Assembly (NCBI GenBank): GCA_002269645.1
Contig: NIVC01000827.1
Location: forward strand, 401,929 to 465,928
Direction of reading: 5' to 3'
DNA: 64,000 nucleotides
Source: Macrostomum lignano
Taxonomy: Eukaryota
A program made the position numbers and the translations under genes. Numbering within the stretch: position 1 is the stretch's first letter; every line of letters begins with the position of its first letter. Under the pieces are notes generated by a model that did no database searches, was not told where the DNA came from, and worked only from the letters and a program-made list of their open reading frames with translations. Shown one piece after another: positions 28,561 to 41,900 of this stretch.

Positions 28561-29054
28561 TCACACAAAGCTGCTGGTCAGATAGGGACTGCCATAGACA
28601 AAACCGCCGCGACTGCCGCCCTCAGCCGTGCGACCGCTGCCAGCGCCTGTCGATGAAGTATTGGACGAGTCAACTAAGTAGCGAACCGTTTGAAACTTCT
28701 GACTGGGAATCGCTGCTGCTGATGGCATTTCTTCTAGTAGCAAAGTTTGCTGCTGCTGTTCTTGCGTGCCGGGCCATCTGCGTCTTGTAGGCTCCGTTGA
28801 TGGAGGTCGCAGACTCTTGTAGTAACTCTCCGGAAAGCTGCCGTTTTTAGCGCCCTCTGAGCTCATCGAGTTCAGTCGGCCCAGGCCGCCTCGGAAGAAG
28901 CTGGTTTTTGAATTGGCGCCAATTTCCAAGTCGGTGTCGAAGGCATCGGCAGCCGCGGCGGCGTACTGCGGCAGCATCGCGGAGGCAACGTCGCTGTCCT
29001 CGCTGTTGCGACGCTGCATTTGATTCTGCTGATAGCGCGGTCGCTGATAGTAGC
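28561..29054 (-). CDS. Protocadherin terminal exon (cytoplasmic tail ending ...YLTSSFV*)
   Basis: ctccttccAG|GC acceptor, phase 1. YYQRPRYQQNQMQRRNSEDSD... continues in ORF 28561..29019 to TGA. Confidence 0.75.
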
Positions 29055-29501
29055 CTGGAAGGAGTTTTTAACCAGAATTTTTTGTGGGTGTGCGCTAAAA
29101 TTTCTGAGCGTTAAATTACAGCTTTAAAAAATTTGCCTTATTTATTTTGATGTCTGAAAGTGTCTTAATAGGCTTGCTAAAATGTACCAAAAAGATTTGT
29201 TTAAATGCGTCACAATTATTTGTTCGAATTAATCGAAATTGTTTGTCTAATATGCGTTCTATTTTTAAAAGATCTCTAAAGTATTTGGTAACATGTGTGT
29301 TAAATATTTGTTTAAATGTGTCTCAATCGTTTGGTCTGATTTGTTTTAATTGTAGTTGTTTAACTGTGCCAAATTATTTAGTTATTTGTTTAAAATGAAT
29401 CTGTATTGTGGAGCTAAGTGCTGTGTATCAGATATACTATGATCTCTAGACTAATTCTCAATTAATAGCTATTCGATAGTTTGGATTGTAAATTTTCTCA
29501 C

Positions 29502-29559
29502 CTGACTGTTTTACAGATGAGTGCCTGTTTGCAAAGTACTGCAGTCCCGCGGTGGCGAA
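29502..29559 (-). CDS. Protocadherin exon 7 (58-nt small exon)
   Basis: aaatttcAG|TTC...TCAG|GTGAGA. Reads FATAGLQYFANRHSSVKQS(G) and supplies exactly the phase 0-to-1 shift needed between exons 6 and 8. Confidence 0.65.
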
Positions 29560-29654
29560 CTGAAATTTTAATTGGGAATTGCCCTGATTGAACTGACCTG
29601 ACAGGTTGCGAAAAATATGGAAAGGCTTCGAGTTTGGAAATTATCGAATTGAGG

Positions 29655-32600
29655 GAAATCTCGGGGAAAGATGGGAAATCTCAGGGGAAGGATGGGAAAT
29701 CTCGGCGAAAGGATGGGAAATCTCGGGAAAGGATGGGAAATCTCATGGGAAGGATGGGAAATCTCGGGGAAAGATGGGAAATCTCGGCGAAAGGATGGGA
29801 AATCTCGGGGAAGGATGGGAAATCTCGGGAAAGGAGGGGAAATCTCGAGGAAAGATGGGAAATCTCGGGGAAGGATAAGAAATCTCGGGGAAGGATGGGA
29901 AATCTCGGGAAAGGAGGGGAAATCTCGAGGAAAGATGGGAAATCTCGGGGAAAGGTGGAAAATCTCGGGGAAAGGTGGGAAATCTCGGGGAAAGATGGGA
30001 AATCTCGGGGAAAGATGGGAAATCTCGGGGAAGGATAAGAAATCTCGGGGAAGGATGGGAAATCTCGGGAAAGGAGGGGAAATCTCGAGGAAAGATGGGA
30101 AATCTCGGGGAAAGGTGGAAAATCTCGGGAAAAGGTGGGAAATCTCGGGGAAAGATGGGAAATCTCGGGGAAAGATGGGAAATCTCGGGGAAAGGTGGGA
30201 AATCTCAGGGGAAGGATGGGAAATCTCAGGGGAAGGATGGGAAATCTCGGCGAAAGATGGGAAATCTCGGGAAAGGATGGGAAATCTCAGGGGAAGGATG
30301 GGAAATCTCGGGGAAAGGTGGGAAATCTCGGGGAAAGATGGGAAATCTCGGGGAAAGATGGAAAATCTCGGGGAAGGATGGGAAATCTCGGGGAAAGATG
30401 GAAAATCTCGGGGAAGGATTGGAAATCTCGGGGAAAGATGGGAAATCTCGGGAAAGGATGGGAAATCTCAGGGGAAGGATGGGAAATCTCGGGGAAGGAT
30501 GGGAAATCTCGGGAAAGGAGGGGAAATCTCGAGGAAAGATGGGAAATCTCGGGGAAGGATAAGAAATCTCGGGGAAGGATGGGAAATCTCGGGAAAGGAG
30601 GGGAAATCTCGAGGAAAGATGGGAAATCTCGGGGAAAGGTGGAAAATCTCGGGGAAAGGTGGGAAATCTCGGGGAAAGATGGGAAATCTCGGGGAAAGAT
30701 GGGAAATCTCGGGGAAAGGTGGGAAATCTCAGGGGAAGGATGGGAAATCTCAGGGGAAGGATGGGAAATCTCGGCGAAAGATGGGAAATCTCGGGAAAGG
30801 ATGGGAAATCTCAGGGGAAGGATGGGAAATCTCGGGGAAAGGTGGGAAATCTCGGGGAAAGATGGGAAATCTCGGGGAAAGATGGAAAATCTCGGGGAAG
30901 GATGGGAAATCTCGGGGAAAGATGGAAAATCTCGGGAAGGATTGGAAATCTCGGGGAAAGATGGGAAATCTCGGGAAAGGATGGGAAATCTCAGGGGAAG
31001 GATGGGAAATCTCAGGGAAAGATGGGAAATCTCGGGAAAGGATGGGAAATCTCAGGGGAAGGATGGGAAATCTCGGGGAAAGGTGGGAAATCTCGGCGAA
31101 AGATGGGAAATCTCGGGAAAGGATGGGAAATCTCAGGGGAAGGATGGGAAATCTCGGGGAAAGATGGGAAATCTCGGCGAAAGGATGGGAAATCTCGGGG
31201 AAGGATGGGAAATCTCGGGAAAGGAGGGGAAATCTCGAGGAAAGATGGGAAATCTCGGGGAAGGATAAGAAATCTCGGGGAAGGATGGGAAATCTCGGGA
31301 AAGGAGGGGAAATCTCGAGGAAAGATGGGAAATCTCGGGGAAGGATAAGAAATCTCGGGGAAGGATGGGAAATCTCGGGAAAGGAGGGGAAATCTCGAGG
31401 AAAGATGGGAAATCTCGGGGAAAGGTGGGAAATCTCGGGGAAAGGTGGGAAATCTCGGGGAAAGGTGGGAAATCTCAGGGGAAGGATGGGAAATCTCAGG
31501 GGAAGGATGGGAAATCTCAGGGAAAGATGGGAAATCTCGGGAAAGGATGGGAAATCTCAGGGGAAGGATGGGAAATCTCGGGGAAAGGTGGGAAATCTCG
31601 GGGAAAGATGGGAAATCTCGGCGAAAGGATGGGAAATCTCGGGGAAGGATGGGAAATCTCGGGAAAGGAGGGGAAATCTCGAGGAAAGATGGGAAATCTC
31701 GGGGAAGGATAAGAAATCTCGGGAAAGGATGGGAAATCTCGGGAAAGGAGGGGAAATCTCGAGGAAAGATGGGAAATCTCGGGGAAGGATAAGAAATCTC
31801 GGGGAAGGATGGGAAATCTCGGGAAAGGAGGGGAAATCTCGAGGAAAGATGGGAAATCTCGGGGAAAGGTGGGAAATCTCGGGGAAAGGTGGGAAATCTC
31901 GGGGAAAGATGGGAAATCTCGGGGAAAGATGGGAAATCTCGGGGAAAGGTGGGAAATCTCAGGGGAAGGATGGGAAATCTCAGGGGAAGGATGGGAAATC
32001 TCGGCGAAAGATGGGAAATCTCGGGAAAGGATGGGAAATCTCAGGGGAAGGATGGGAAATCTCGGGGAAAGGTGGGAAATCTCGGGGAAAGATGGGAAAT
32101 CTCGGGGAAAGATGGAAAATCTCGGGGAAGGATGGGAAATCTCGGGGAAAGATGGAAAATCTCGGGGAAGGATTGGAAATCTCGGGGAAAGATGGGAAAT
32201 CTCGGGAAAGGATGGGAAATCTCAGGGGAAGGATGGGAAATCTCAGGGAAAGATGGGAAATCTCGGGAAAGGATGGGAAATCTCAGGGGAAGGATGGGAA
32301 ATCTCGGGGAAAGGTGGGAAATCTCGGCGAAAGATGGGAAATCTCGGGAAAGGATGGGAAATCTCAGGGGAAGGATGGGAAATCTCGGGGAAAGATGGGA
32401 AATCTCGGCGAAAGGATGGGAAATCTCGGGGAAGGATGGGAAATCTCGGGAAAGGAGGGGAAATCTCGAGGAAAGATGGGAAATCTCGGGGAAGGATAAG
32501 AAATCTCGGGGAAGGATGGGAAATCTCGGGAAAGGAGGGGAAATCTCGAGGAAAGATGGGAAATCTCGGGGAAAGATGGGAAATCTCGGGGAAAGATGGA

Positions 32601-32908
32601 AAATCTCGGGGAAGGATTGGAAATCTCGGGGAAAGATGGGAAATCTCGGGAAAGGATGGGAAATCTCAGGGGAAGGATGGGAAATCTCGGGGAAAGGTGG
32701 GAAATCTCGGGAAAAGATGGGAAATCTCGGGGAAAGATGGAAAATCTCGGGGAAGGATGGGAAATCTCGGGGAAAGATGGGAAATCTCGAGGAAGGATGG
32801 GAAATCTCGAGGAAGGATGGGAAATCTCGGGGAAAGGTGGGAAATCTCGGGGAAAGATGGGAAATCTCGAGGAAAGATGGGAAATCTCGGGGAAAGGTGG
32901 GAAATCTC
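29655..32908. repeat. 20/21-nt minisatellite (GGGAAATCTCGGGGAAAGAT)n with higher-order blocks
   Basis: Direct reading. Confidence 0.97.
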
Positions 32909-32921
32909 TCGTTAAAAGCAC

Positions 32922-33109
32922 CTCATCGTCGCTCTCGTCGGTGGCAGCTGACTTCAGCAGCGCCTGCGGCGGCCGCACCGGCATGGAGATGAACCCCCGA
33001 CCGCCCATCGTCCTGTCGGAGCGGTGCTCAGCTGTCGGGGTTGTTGAGTCGTCGAAATTACCGCCGTTGTTGCTGGAAACGCCGCCAAGTCCCAGCTTCG
33101 CCAGCCATC
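32922..33109 (-). CDS. Protocadherin exon 6 (cytoplasmic)
   Basis: cctgcAG|GA acceptor in phase 1. Reads GWLAKLGLGG...ATDESDDE in the frame of ORF 32364..33008. Donor GTGCTT, phase 0 (weaker donor). Confidence 0.7.
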
Positions 33110-33294
33110 CTGCAGGATGATTCGGGATGAGCTGGATGGAGTTGGTGATGCTAATGACAGCCCAGACAAGCTACTGAAACTTATTCAGTAGTATTTAAGG
33201 CATATAATATTATAATTGTAACAAATTAGTAAAATTTATGCAACTTGAATTAATTTTAGACAACCTGATCGCATCCAGTCCAATGCTGTCTGAT

Positions 33295-33500
33295 CTTATC
33301 CAATCCAATCTAATCCAATCCAATCCGATCCAATCTAATCCAATCCAATCCAATCTAATCAAATCTAATATAATCAGTTGTACTAAAATATAATTTAATA
33401 TTATTCAATCCAATCTAATCGACTCTAACTCTAATGCAATCAAATCTAATCTTATCCAATCAAATCAAATCTAATCTAATATTAACCAATCCAATCAGAT
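33295..33500. repeat. Degenerate pentamer (AATCC/AATCT)n
   Basis: Direct reading. Confidence 0.8.
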
Positions 33501-33942
33501 GCAACTTAATCTAGTCACATCTGATTGAAATTGTTTAGTTGAAATTGTTTATAAGTGAATTTAAAAAATTCACTCATAAAAAAATTCACTCATATCCAAT
33601 CAAACAAATTTTCAACTAATCTAAATGTAAGGGAATCTAATCTAACCCAAACTATTCTAATCCAATGTGATGCAATGTACTAATAATATATGTTATATAA
33701 TATCCATAATTCCAGTACAAGTCTAAAGCAAAAATATATGCACTCATATATCATTATTAATGCGGGAGAAAATAGCTTTAGTTAACGATCTGGTTAGTCA
33801 TTTCGTGTCTGTGTATTACAGGATTATTTACTCTTCCATCTCTTGTCAAATTTTCACGCCTATCACCCTTGGCTTGAGTTTGTAGGAAATTGTAGCCAGG
33901 CCCTGCTAACCTGCACAGTTAACCCGAGGCCTCTAAACACAC

Positions 33943-33943
33943 A

Positions 33944-34007
<64 letters not shown>

Positions 34008-34016
34008 CTCTCTCTC
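33943..34016. repeat. (CT)n microsatellite
   Basis: Direct reading. Confidence 0.92.
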
Positions 34017-34379
34017 TGCTTTGCGGTCGCTAGTTTCGGCGGATATTAAGTCGCGGTGAAGGGAAGTTACGAGTATAGGAGAGGACAGCACTTGTGTGCA
34101 TATAAGATTTGTGTGAAAAGCTGCCCTGTTAGTTAGCCTGACCATTTTTTTCAATTAATTTGTTGCATTCAACACCGACTCTGCTGACTGTGGTTGACGA
34201 GTTCAAATATCCCATTTCCTGTTTAAAGAGTATGTAGAAAACTACAAACACACAAAGTTCGTGACAAGTGGGAGCTTTGTGACACGTTTGCATATTGGGA
34301 ATGGCTTGGCAGTGTTAAGTGTGCTTGCACTCAGGATATTTTCATGGTTCTTAGAAATTGATTTGCACAGATTTTAAAA

Positions 34380-34812
<433 letters not shown>

Positions 34813-34826
34813 AACTCAAATCTCAC

Positions 34827-35541
34827 CCCGCCGTTTCTTCCTCCCTCTCGCCAGTCCGTCCCCGGTCGCACGTCGGGACCCTCCGACGCCACGGGCCGCC
34901 CCGTCCTGCGGATCCTCGGCCGCCGCCTGGCCCGGCGGCTGCAGGTAGTAGCAGAAGTACGCCAGCAGCAGCACAACGCACAGCAGCACCAGGAATGACA
35001 GGCCGACACAGACTGTCACCACCACGAGGTCGTGAGCGCCGCTGCCGCTGCCGCCGCCGTCTAGTCCGCGGTTTCGACCTGCGTCCCCTGCAGGCTGCCC
35101 GTCGCTGACGCCCTCGCCGCCTTCCCCCCTCCTGGGCTGCTGTCCAGTGAACCTGACCGTCAGACTCTGCTGGCTGCTCCGTCGAGCCGAAGCCAGCGGC
35201 CCGGCGTCCTCGGCGCGCACCGTCAGTTTGCAGACGCGACTGTCGGCAAAACGAATTGGTGGCGATTGGCGAAGCACCAGCAAGCCGCTGCTGGGGTTCA
35301 GGTGGAACAGGCTGACGTCGCAGAACGGCATCGAGACTGTGTTAGTTGTCGAAGCAATGACGTCGGTGTCAGCGGCGCCCAGGAGGCTGTACACCAGCCG
35401 GCCGTTGTCGCCGAAGTCGGCGTCATCGGCGCTGATCATGGCGAGCTCCGCGCCTGGCCGCTCGTGGACGCTGACGTTCAAAGTTGAATTGCGATTGGAG
35501 GGGAACAGAAATCTGGGGGAGTTGTCGTTCTCGTCCAGGAC
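34827..35541 (-). CDS. Protocadherin exon 5 (EC7, transmembrane segment, juxtamembrane)
   Basis: gcccAG|GTC acceptor. VLDENDNSP...VHERPG...DDADFGDNG, then [31 protein letters not shown] and basic RGRKKRR. Donor GTGAGA, phase 1. Confidence 0.92.
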
Positions 35542-35581
35542 CTGGGCGGCGAAGATGGGTTTGGTTGGTTAGGTTGCCTCC

Positions 35582-35836
35582 ATACTTCCCCATACCGGAC
35601 CCACACTTCCCCATACCGGACCCACACTTCCCCATACCGGACCCACACTTCCCCATATCGGACCCACACTTCCCCATATCGGACCCACACTTCCCCATAC
35701 CGGACCCACACTTCCCCTTACCGGACCCACACTTCCCCATACCGGACCCACACTTCCCCATACCCGACCCACACTTCCCCATACCGGACCCACACTTCCC
35801 CTTACCGGACCCACACTTCCCCATACCGGACCCACA
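35582..35836. repeat. 21-nt minisatellite (CCCATACCGGACCCACACTTC)n
   Basis: Direct reading. Confidence 0.95.
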
Positions 35837-35872
35837 ATAGCTCACAGAGCGAACACAAAACCCATTTAAAAA

Positions 35873-36313
35873 CACTCAACCACCGGAATCACTCTAAATC
35901 ACCTAAGCCTCACCTGAATCACACTCAACCACCGGAATCACTCTAAATCACCTAAGCCTCACCTGAATCACACTCAACCACCGGAATCACTCTAAATCAC
36001 CTGAGCCTCACCTGAATCACACCCCACCACCGGAATCACTCTAAATCACCTGAGCCTCACCTGAATCACACCCCACCACCGGAATCACTCTAAATCACCT
36101 GAGCCTCACCTGAATCACACTCAACCACCGGAATCACTCTAAATCACCTGAGCCTCACCTGAATCACACTCAACCACCGGAATCACTTTAAATCACCTGA
36201 GCCTCACCTGAATCACACTCAACCACCGGAATCACTCTAAATCACCTGAGCCTCACCTGAATCACACTCAACCACCGGAATCACTCTAAATCACCTGAGC
36301 CTCACCTGAATCA
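35873..36313. repeat. 49-nt tandem repeat (about 9 copies) whose unit is the exon 4/intron junction of the protocadherin
   Basis: Minus-strand unit TGATTCAG|GTGAGGCTCAGGTGATTTAGAGTGATTCCGGTGGTTGAGTG; period 35881 to 35930 is 49. Confidence 0.95.
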
Positions 36314-36788
36314 GCACCTCGGCAGTAGTCCACCTCGGTGGAATGCCGTGATCCATGGCCTTCACAAACAGCCTGTGACTGTCGCTTCGTTCCCTATCCA
36401 GCTGCCTGGCAACCAGCTTGATTCCACCGTCGGGCAAAACTCGAAACATCGAGTTCGGTTTAGCCAACGAAAATGTCACCCGACCATTGACGCCTTCGTC
36501 GTTGTCCTTGGCAACCAACTGCCCAATCAGCGAACCGAACTGCGAGTTCTCGGGCACTTTGAATGTAAAATTTCCGGATTGAGTGCCCAGGAAAACGGGC
36601 GAACAGTCGTTCTGATCTTTGATGTCGATTCGAACTCCGATGGCAGCGGACAGCTCCGGTTTTCGGGCATCGTGAGCTGTCACTGTGCAGGCGATGCTGG
36701 AGTTGAGCTCTCGGTCGAATGAGACTCGAGTGTACAGGCTGCCGTTTCGTGGCCCGATGCCCAGGTAGGGGAAGCACTGGTCTGACAC
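36306..36788 (-). CDS. Protocadherin exon 4 (end of EC5, EC6)
   Basis: cctcAG|GTG acceptor. FDRE...KDQNDCSP...VPENSQFG...AKDNDEGVNG...LDRERSD...AMDHG...EVLIQ. Donor GTGAGG. 483 nt. Confidence 0.92.
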
Positions 36789-36809
36789 CTGAGGTAGTAG
36801 GAGACAAGC

Positions 36810-38410
36810 TTAATATTCGATTCTGGAGCTGAATATTCGATTCTAAAGCTGCATTTTCGATTCTGAAGCTGAATATTCGATTCTGAAACTTAATATTCGA
36901 TTCTGAAGCTGCATTTTCGATTCTGAAGCTGAATATTCGATTCTGAAACTTAATATTCGATTCTGAAGCTGAATATTCGATTCTGGAGCATAATACTCAA
37001 TTCTGAAGCTGAATATTCGATTCTGGAGCCTAATATTCGATTCTGGAGCCTAATATTCGATTCTGGAGCTGAATATTCGATTCTGGAGCTTAATATTCGA
37101 TTCTGGAGCTTAATATTCGATTCTGGAGCTGAATATTCGATTCTGGAGCTGAATATTCGATTCTGGAGCCTAATATTCGATTCTGGAGCTGAATATTCGA
37201 TTCTGGAGCTGAATATTCGATTCTGGAGCTGAATATTCGATTCTGAAGCTGAATATTCGATTCTGGAGCTGAATATTCGATTCTGGAGCTGAATATTCGA
37301 TTCTGGAGCTGAATATTCGATTCTGGAGCTGAATATTCGATTCTGGAGCTAAATATTCGATTCTGAAGCTGCATATTCGATTCTAAAGCTGAATATTCGA
37401 TTCTGGAGCTGAATATTCAATTCTGGAGCTGAATATTCGATTCTAAAGCTGAATATTCGATTCTGAAGCTGCATATTCGATTCTAAAGCTGAATATTCGA
37501 TTCTGGAGCTGAATATTCGATTCTGGAGCTGAATATTTGATTCTGGAGCTGAATATTCAATTCTGGAGCTGAATATTCGATTCTGGAGCTGAATATTCAA
37601 TTCTGGAGCTTAAAATTCGATTCTAGAGCTGAATATTAAATTCGGGAGCTGAATATTCGATTCTGGAGCTGAATATTCGATTCTGGAGCCTAATACTCAA
37701 TTCTGGAGCTTAATATTCAATTCTGGAGCTTAATATTCGATTCTGGAGCTAAATATTCGATTCTGGAGCCTAATACTCAATTCTGGAGCTGAATATTCAA
37801 TTCTGGAGCTGAATATTTGATTCTGGAGCTGAATATTCGATTCTGGAGCTGAATATTTGATTCTGGAGCTGAATATTCGATTCTGGAGCTGAATATTCAA
37901 TTCTGGAGCTTAAAATTCGATTCTAGAGCTGAATATTAAATTCGGGAGCTGAATATTCGATTCTGGAGCTGAATATTCGATTCTGGAGCCTAATACTCAA
38001 TTCTGGAGCTGAATATTCAATTCTGGAGCTTAATATTCGATTCTGGAGCTAAATATTCGATTCTGGAGCTGAATATTCAATTCTGGAGCTAAATATTCGA
38101 TTCTGGAGCTGAATATTCAATTCTGGAGCTAAATATTCGATTCTGGAGCTAAATATTCGATTCTGGAGCTGAATATTCGATTCTGGAGCTGAATACTCAA
38201 TTCTGGAGCTGAATATTCAATTCTGGAGCTGAATATTTGATTCTGGAGCTGAATATTCGATTCTGGAGCTGAATATTTGATTCTGGAGCTGAATATTCGA
38301 TTCTGGAGCTGAATATTCGATTCTGGGGCTGAATATTCGATTCTGGAGCTGAATATTCGATTCTGGAGCTGAGTATTCGATTCTGGAGCCTAATATCCGA
38401 TACTGGAACT
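36810..38410. repeat. 20-nt minisatellite (GAATATTCGATTCTGGAGCT)n
   Basis: Direct reading. Confidence 0.97.
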
Positions 38411-38448
38411 TAATTACTGTACTTAGGTTTCATAGTTTACCTACTCAC

Positions 38449-38958
38449 CTGATACACCGTCAGCGCATTTTCCCCTTCGTCCTCATCCTGAGCCAGCAAG
38501 CTGCCAATCACAGTGCCAGCTGGTTGGTTCTCTGACACCTGCATCGTCTCGTGGCTTTTCAAAAATCTCGGCGGCGAATCGTTGACGTCCTGGACTCGAA
38601 TCGGGATGTTGCTAGTCGCACTCAACCCGGCCGAATCGTGGCAGACGAGCCGCAGGCTGTACTCGGAGACCCGCTCCCGGTCCAATGGGCGGATGTTCCT
38701 CAGGATGTACCGCAGTCGGCTGGGATTGTCCCGGTGGCCGCCGGAGGCTGCATCCGGTTGCAGAGCGAACGCGTCCTGCGCCTGGTTGAACTCGCTCACC
38801 TCGCAGTCGAGGCGTCGGTTCCGTTCGTCGACATCCTTGTCGGTGATGTCGATCAGAGCCAGAATGGTCGGTGGCTGATTCTCCAACACCGACACGACAG
38901 GAGCTGATGGCACTGGCGACACCTTGATATCCGGAGCATTGTCATTGACGTCCTCCAC
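38449..38958 (-). CDS. Protocadherin exon 3 (EC4 and start of EC5)
   Basis: ccgcAG|GTG acceptor. VEDVNDNAP...LDRERVSEY...QDVNDSPP...AQDEDEGEN. Donor GTGAGT. 510 nt. Confidence 0.92.
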
Positions 38959-38979
38959 CTGCGGGTCGTTCATGATAGA

Positions 38980-41900
38980 GCATCACTCACTCCAGCATCA
39001 CTCACTCCAGCATCACTCACTCCAGCATCACTCACTCCAGCATCACTCACTCCAGCATCACTCACTCCAGCATCACTCACTCCAGCATCACTCACTCTAG
39101 CATCACTCACTCCAGCATCACTCACTCCAGCATCACTCACTCCAGCATCACTCACTCTAGCATCACTCACTTCAGCATCACTCACTCCAGCATCACTCAC
39201 TCCAGCATCAGTCACTTCAGCATCACTCACTCCAGCATCAGTCACTTCAGCATCACTCACTCCAGCATCACTCACTCCAGCATCACTCACTCCAGCATCA
39301 GTCACTCCAGCATCACTCACTCCAGCATCACTCACTACAGCATCACTCACTCCAGCATCACTCACTCCAGCATCACTCACTCCAGCATCACTCACTCCAG
39401 CATCACTCACTCCAGCATCACTCACTCCAGCATCACTCACTCCAGCATCACTCACTCCAGCATCACTCACTCCAGCATCACTCACTCCAGCATCACTCAC
39501 TCCAGCATCACTCACTCCAGCATCAGTCACTCCAGCATCACTCACTCCAGCATCACTCACTTCAGCATCACTCACTCCAGCATCACTCACTCCAGCATCA
39601 CTCACTTCAGCAACACTCACTCCAGCATCACTCACTCCAGCATCACTCACTTCAGCATCACTCACTCCAGCATCACTCACTCCAGCATCACTCACTTCAG
39701 CATCACTCACTCCAGCATCACTCACTCCAGCATCACTCACTCCAGCATCACTCACTCCAGCATCACTCACTCCAGCATCACTCACTTCAGCATCACTCAC
39801 TCCAGCATCACTCACTCCAGCATCACTCACTCCAGCATCACTCACTCCAGCATCACTCACTCCAGCATCAGTCACTTCAGCATCACTCACTCCAGCATCA
39901 CTCACTCCAGCATCACTCACTCCAGCATCACTCACTCCAGCATCACTCACTCCAGCATCACTCACTCCAGCATCAGTCACTTCAGCATCACTCACTCCAG
40001 CATCACTCACTCCAGCATCACTCACTCCAGCATCACTCACTCCAGCATCACTCACTCCAGCATCACTCACTCCAGCATCACTCACTTCAGCATCACTCAC
40101 TCCAGCATCACTCACTCCAGCATCAGTCACTTCAGCATCACTCACTCCAGCATCAGTCACTTCAGCATCACTCACTCCAGCATCACTCACTACAGCATCA
40201 CTCACTCCAGCATCACTCACTCCAGCATCACTCACTCCAGCATCACTCACTCCAGCATCACTCACTCCAGCATCACTCACTCCAGCATCACTCACTCCAG
40301 CATCACTAACTCCAGCATCACTCACTCCAGCATCACTCACTACAGCATCACTCACTCCAGCATCACTCACTCCAGCATCACTCACTACAGCATCACTCAC
40401 TCCAGCATCACTCACTCCAGCATCACTCACTCCAGCATCACTCACTTCAGCATCACTCACTCCAGCATCACTCACTCCAGCATCACTCACTCCAGCATCA
40501 GTCACTCCAGCATCACTCACTCCAGCATCACTCACTCCAGCATCACTCACTCCAGCATCACTCACTCCAGCATCACTCACTCCAGCATCACTCACTCCAG
40601 CATCACTAACTCCAGCATCACTCACTCCAGCATCACTCACTACAGCATCACTCACTCCAGCATCACTCACTCCAGCATCACTCACTACAGCATCACTCAC
40701 TCCAGCATCACTCACTCCAGCATCACTCACTCCAGCATCACTCACTTCAGCATCACTCACTCCAGCATCACTCACTCCAGCATCACTCACTCCAGCATCA
40801 CTCACTCCAGCATCACTCACTCCAGCATCACTCACTCCAGCATCACTCACTCCAGCATCACTCACTCCAGCATCACTCACTCCAGCATCACTCACTCCAG
40901 CATCACTCACTCCAGCATCACTCACTCCAGCATCACTCACTCCAGCATCACTCACTCCAGCATCACTCACTCCAGCATCACTCACTCCAGCATCACTCAC
41001 TCCAGCATCACTCAATCCAGCATCACTCACTCCAGCATCACTCACTCCAGCATCACTCACTCCAGCATCACTCACTCCAGCATCACTCACTCCAGCATCA
41101 CTCACTCCAGCATCACTCACTACAGCATCACTCACTCCAGCATCACTCACTCCAGCATCACTCACTCCAGCATCACTCACTTCAGCATCACTCACTCCAG
41201 CATCACTCACTCCAGCATCACTCACTACAGCATCACTCACTCCAGCATCACTCACTCCAGCATCACTCACTCCAGCATCACTCACTCCAGCATCACTCAC
41301 TCCAGCATCACTCACTCCAGCATCACTCACTCCAGCATCACTCACTCCAGCATCACTCACTTCAGCATCACTCACTCCAGCATCACTCACTCCAGCATCA
41401 CTCACTCCAGCATCAGTCACTCCAGCATCACTCACTCCAGCATCACTCACTCCAGCATCACTCACTCCAGCATCACTCACTCCAGCATCACTCACTTCAG
41501 CATCACTCACTCCAGCATCACTCACTCCAGCATCACTCACTTCAGCATCACTCACTCCAGCATCACTCACTCCAGCATCACTCACTCCAGCATCACTCAC
41601 TCCAGCATCACTCACTCCAGCATCAGTCACTTCAGCATCACTCACTCCAGCATCACTCACTCCAGCATCACTCACTCCAGCATCACTCACTCCAGCATCA
41701 CTCACTCCAGCATCACTCACTCCAGCATCAGTCACTTCAGCATCACTCACTCCAGCATCACTCACTCCAGCATCACTCACTCCAGCATCACTCACTCCAG
41801 CATCACTCACTCCAGCATCACTCACTCCAGCATCACTCACTTCAGCATCACTCACTCCAGCATCACTCACTCCAGCATCAGTCACTTCAGCATCACTCAC

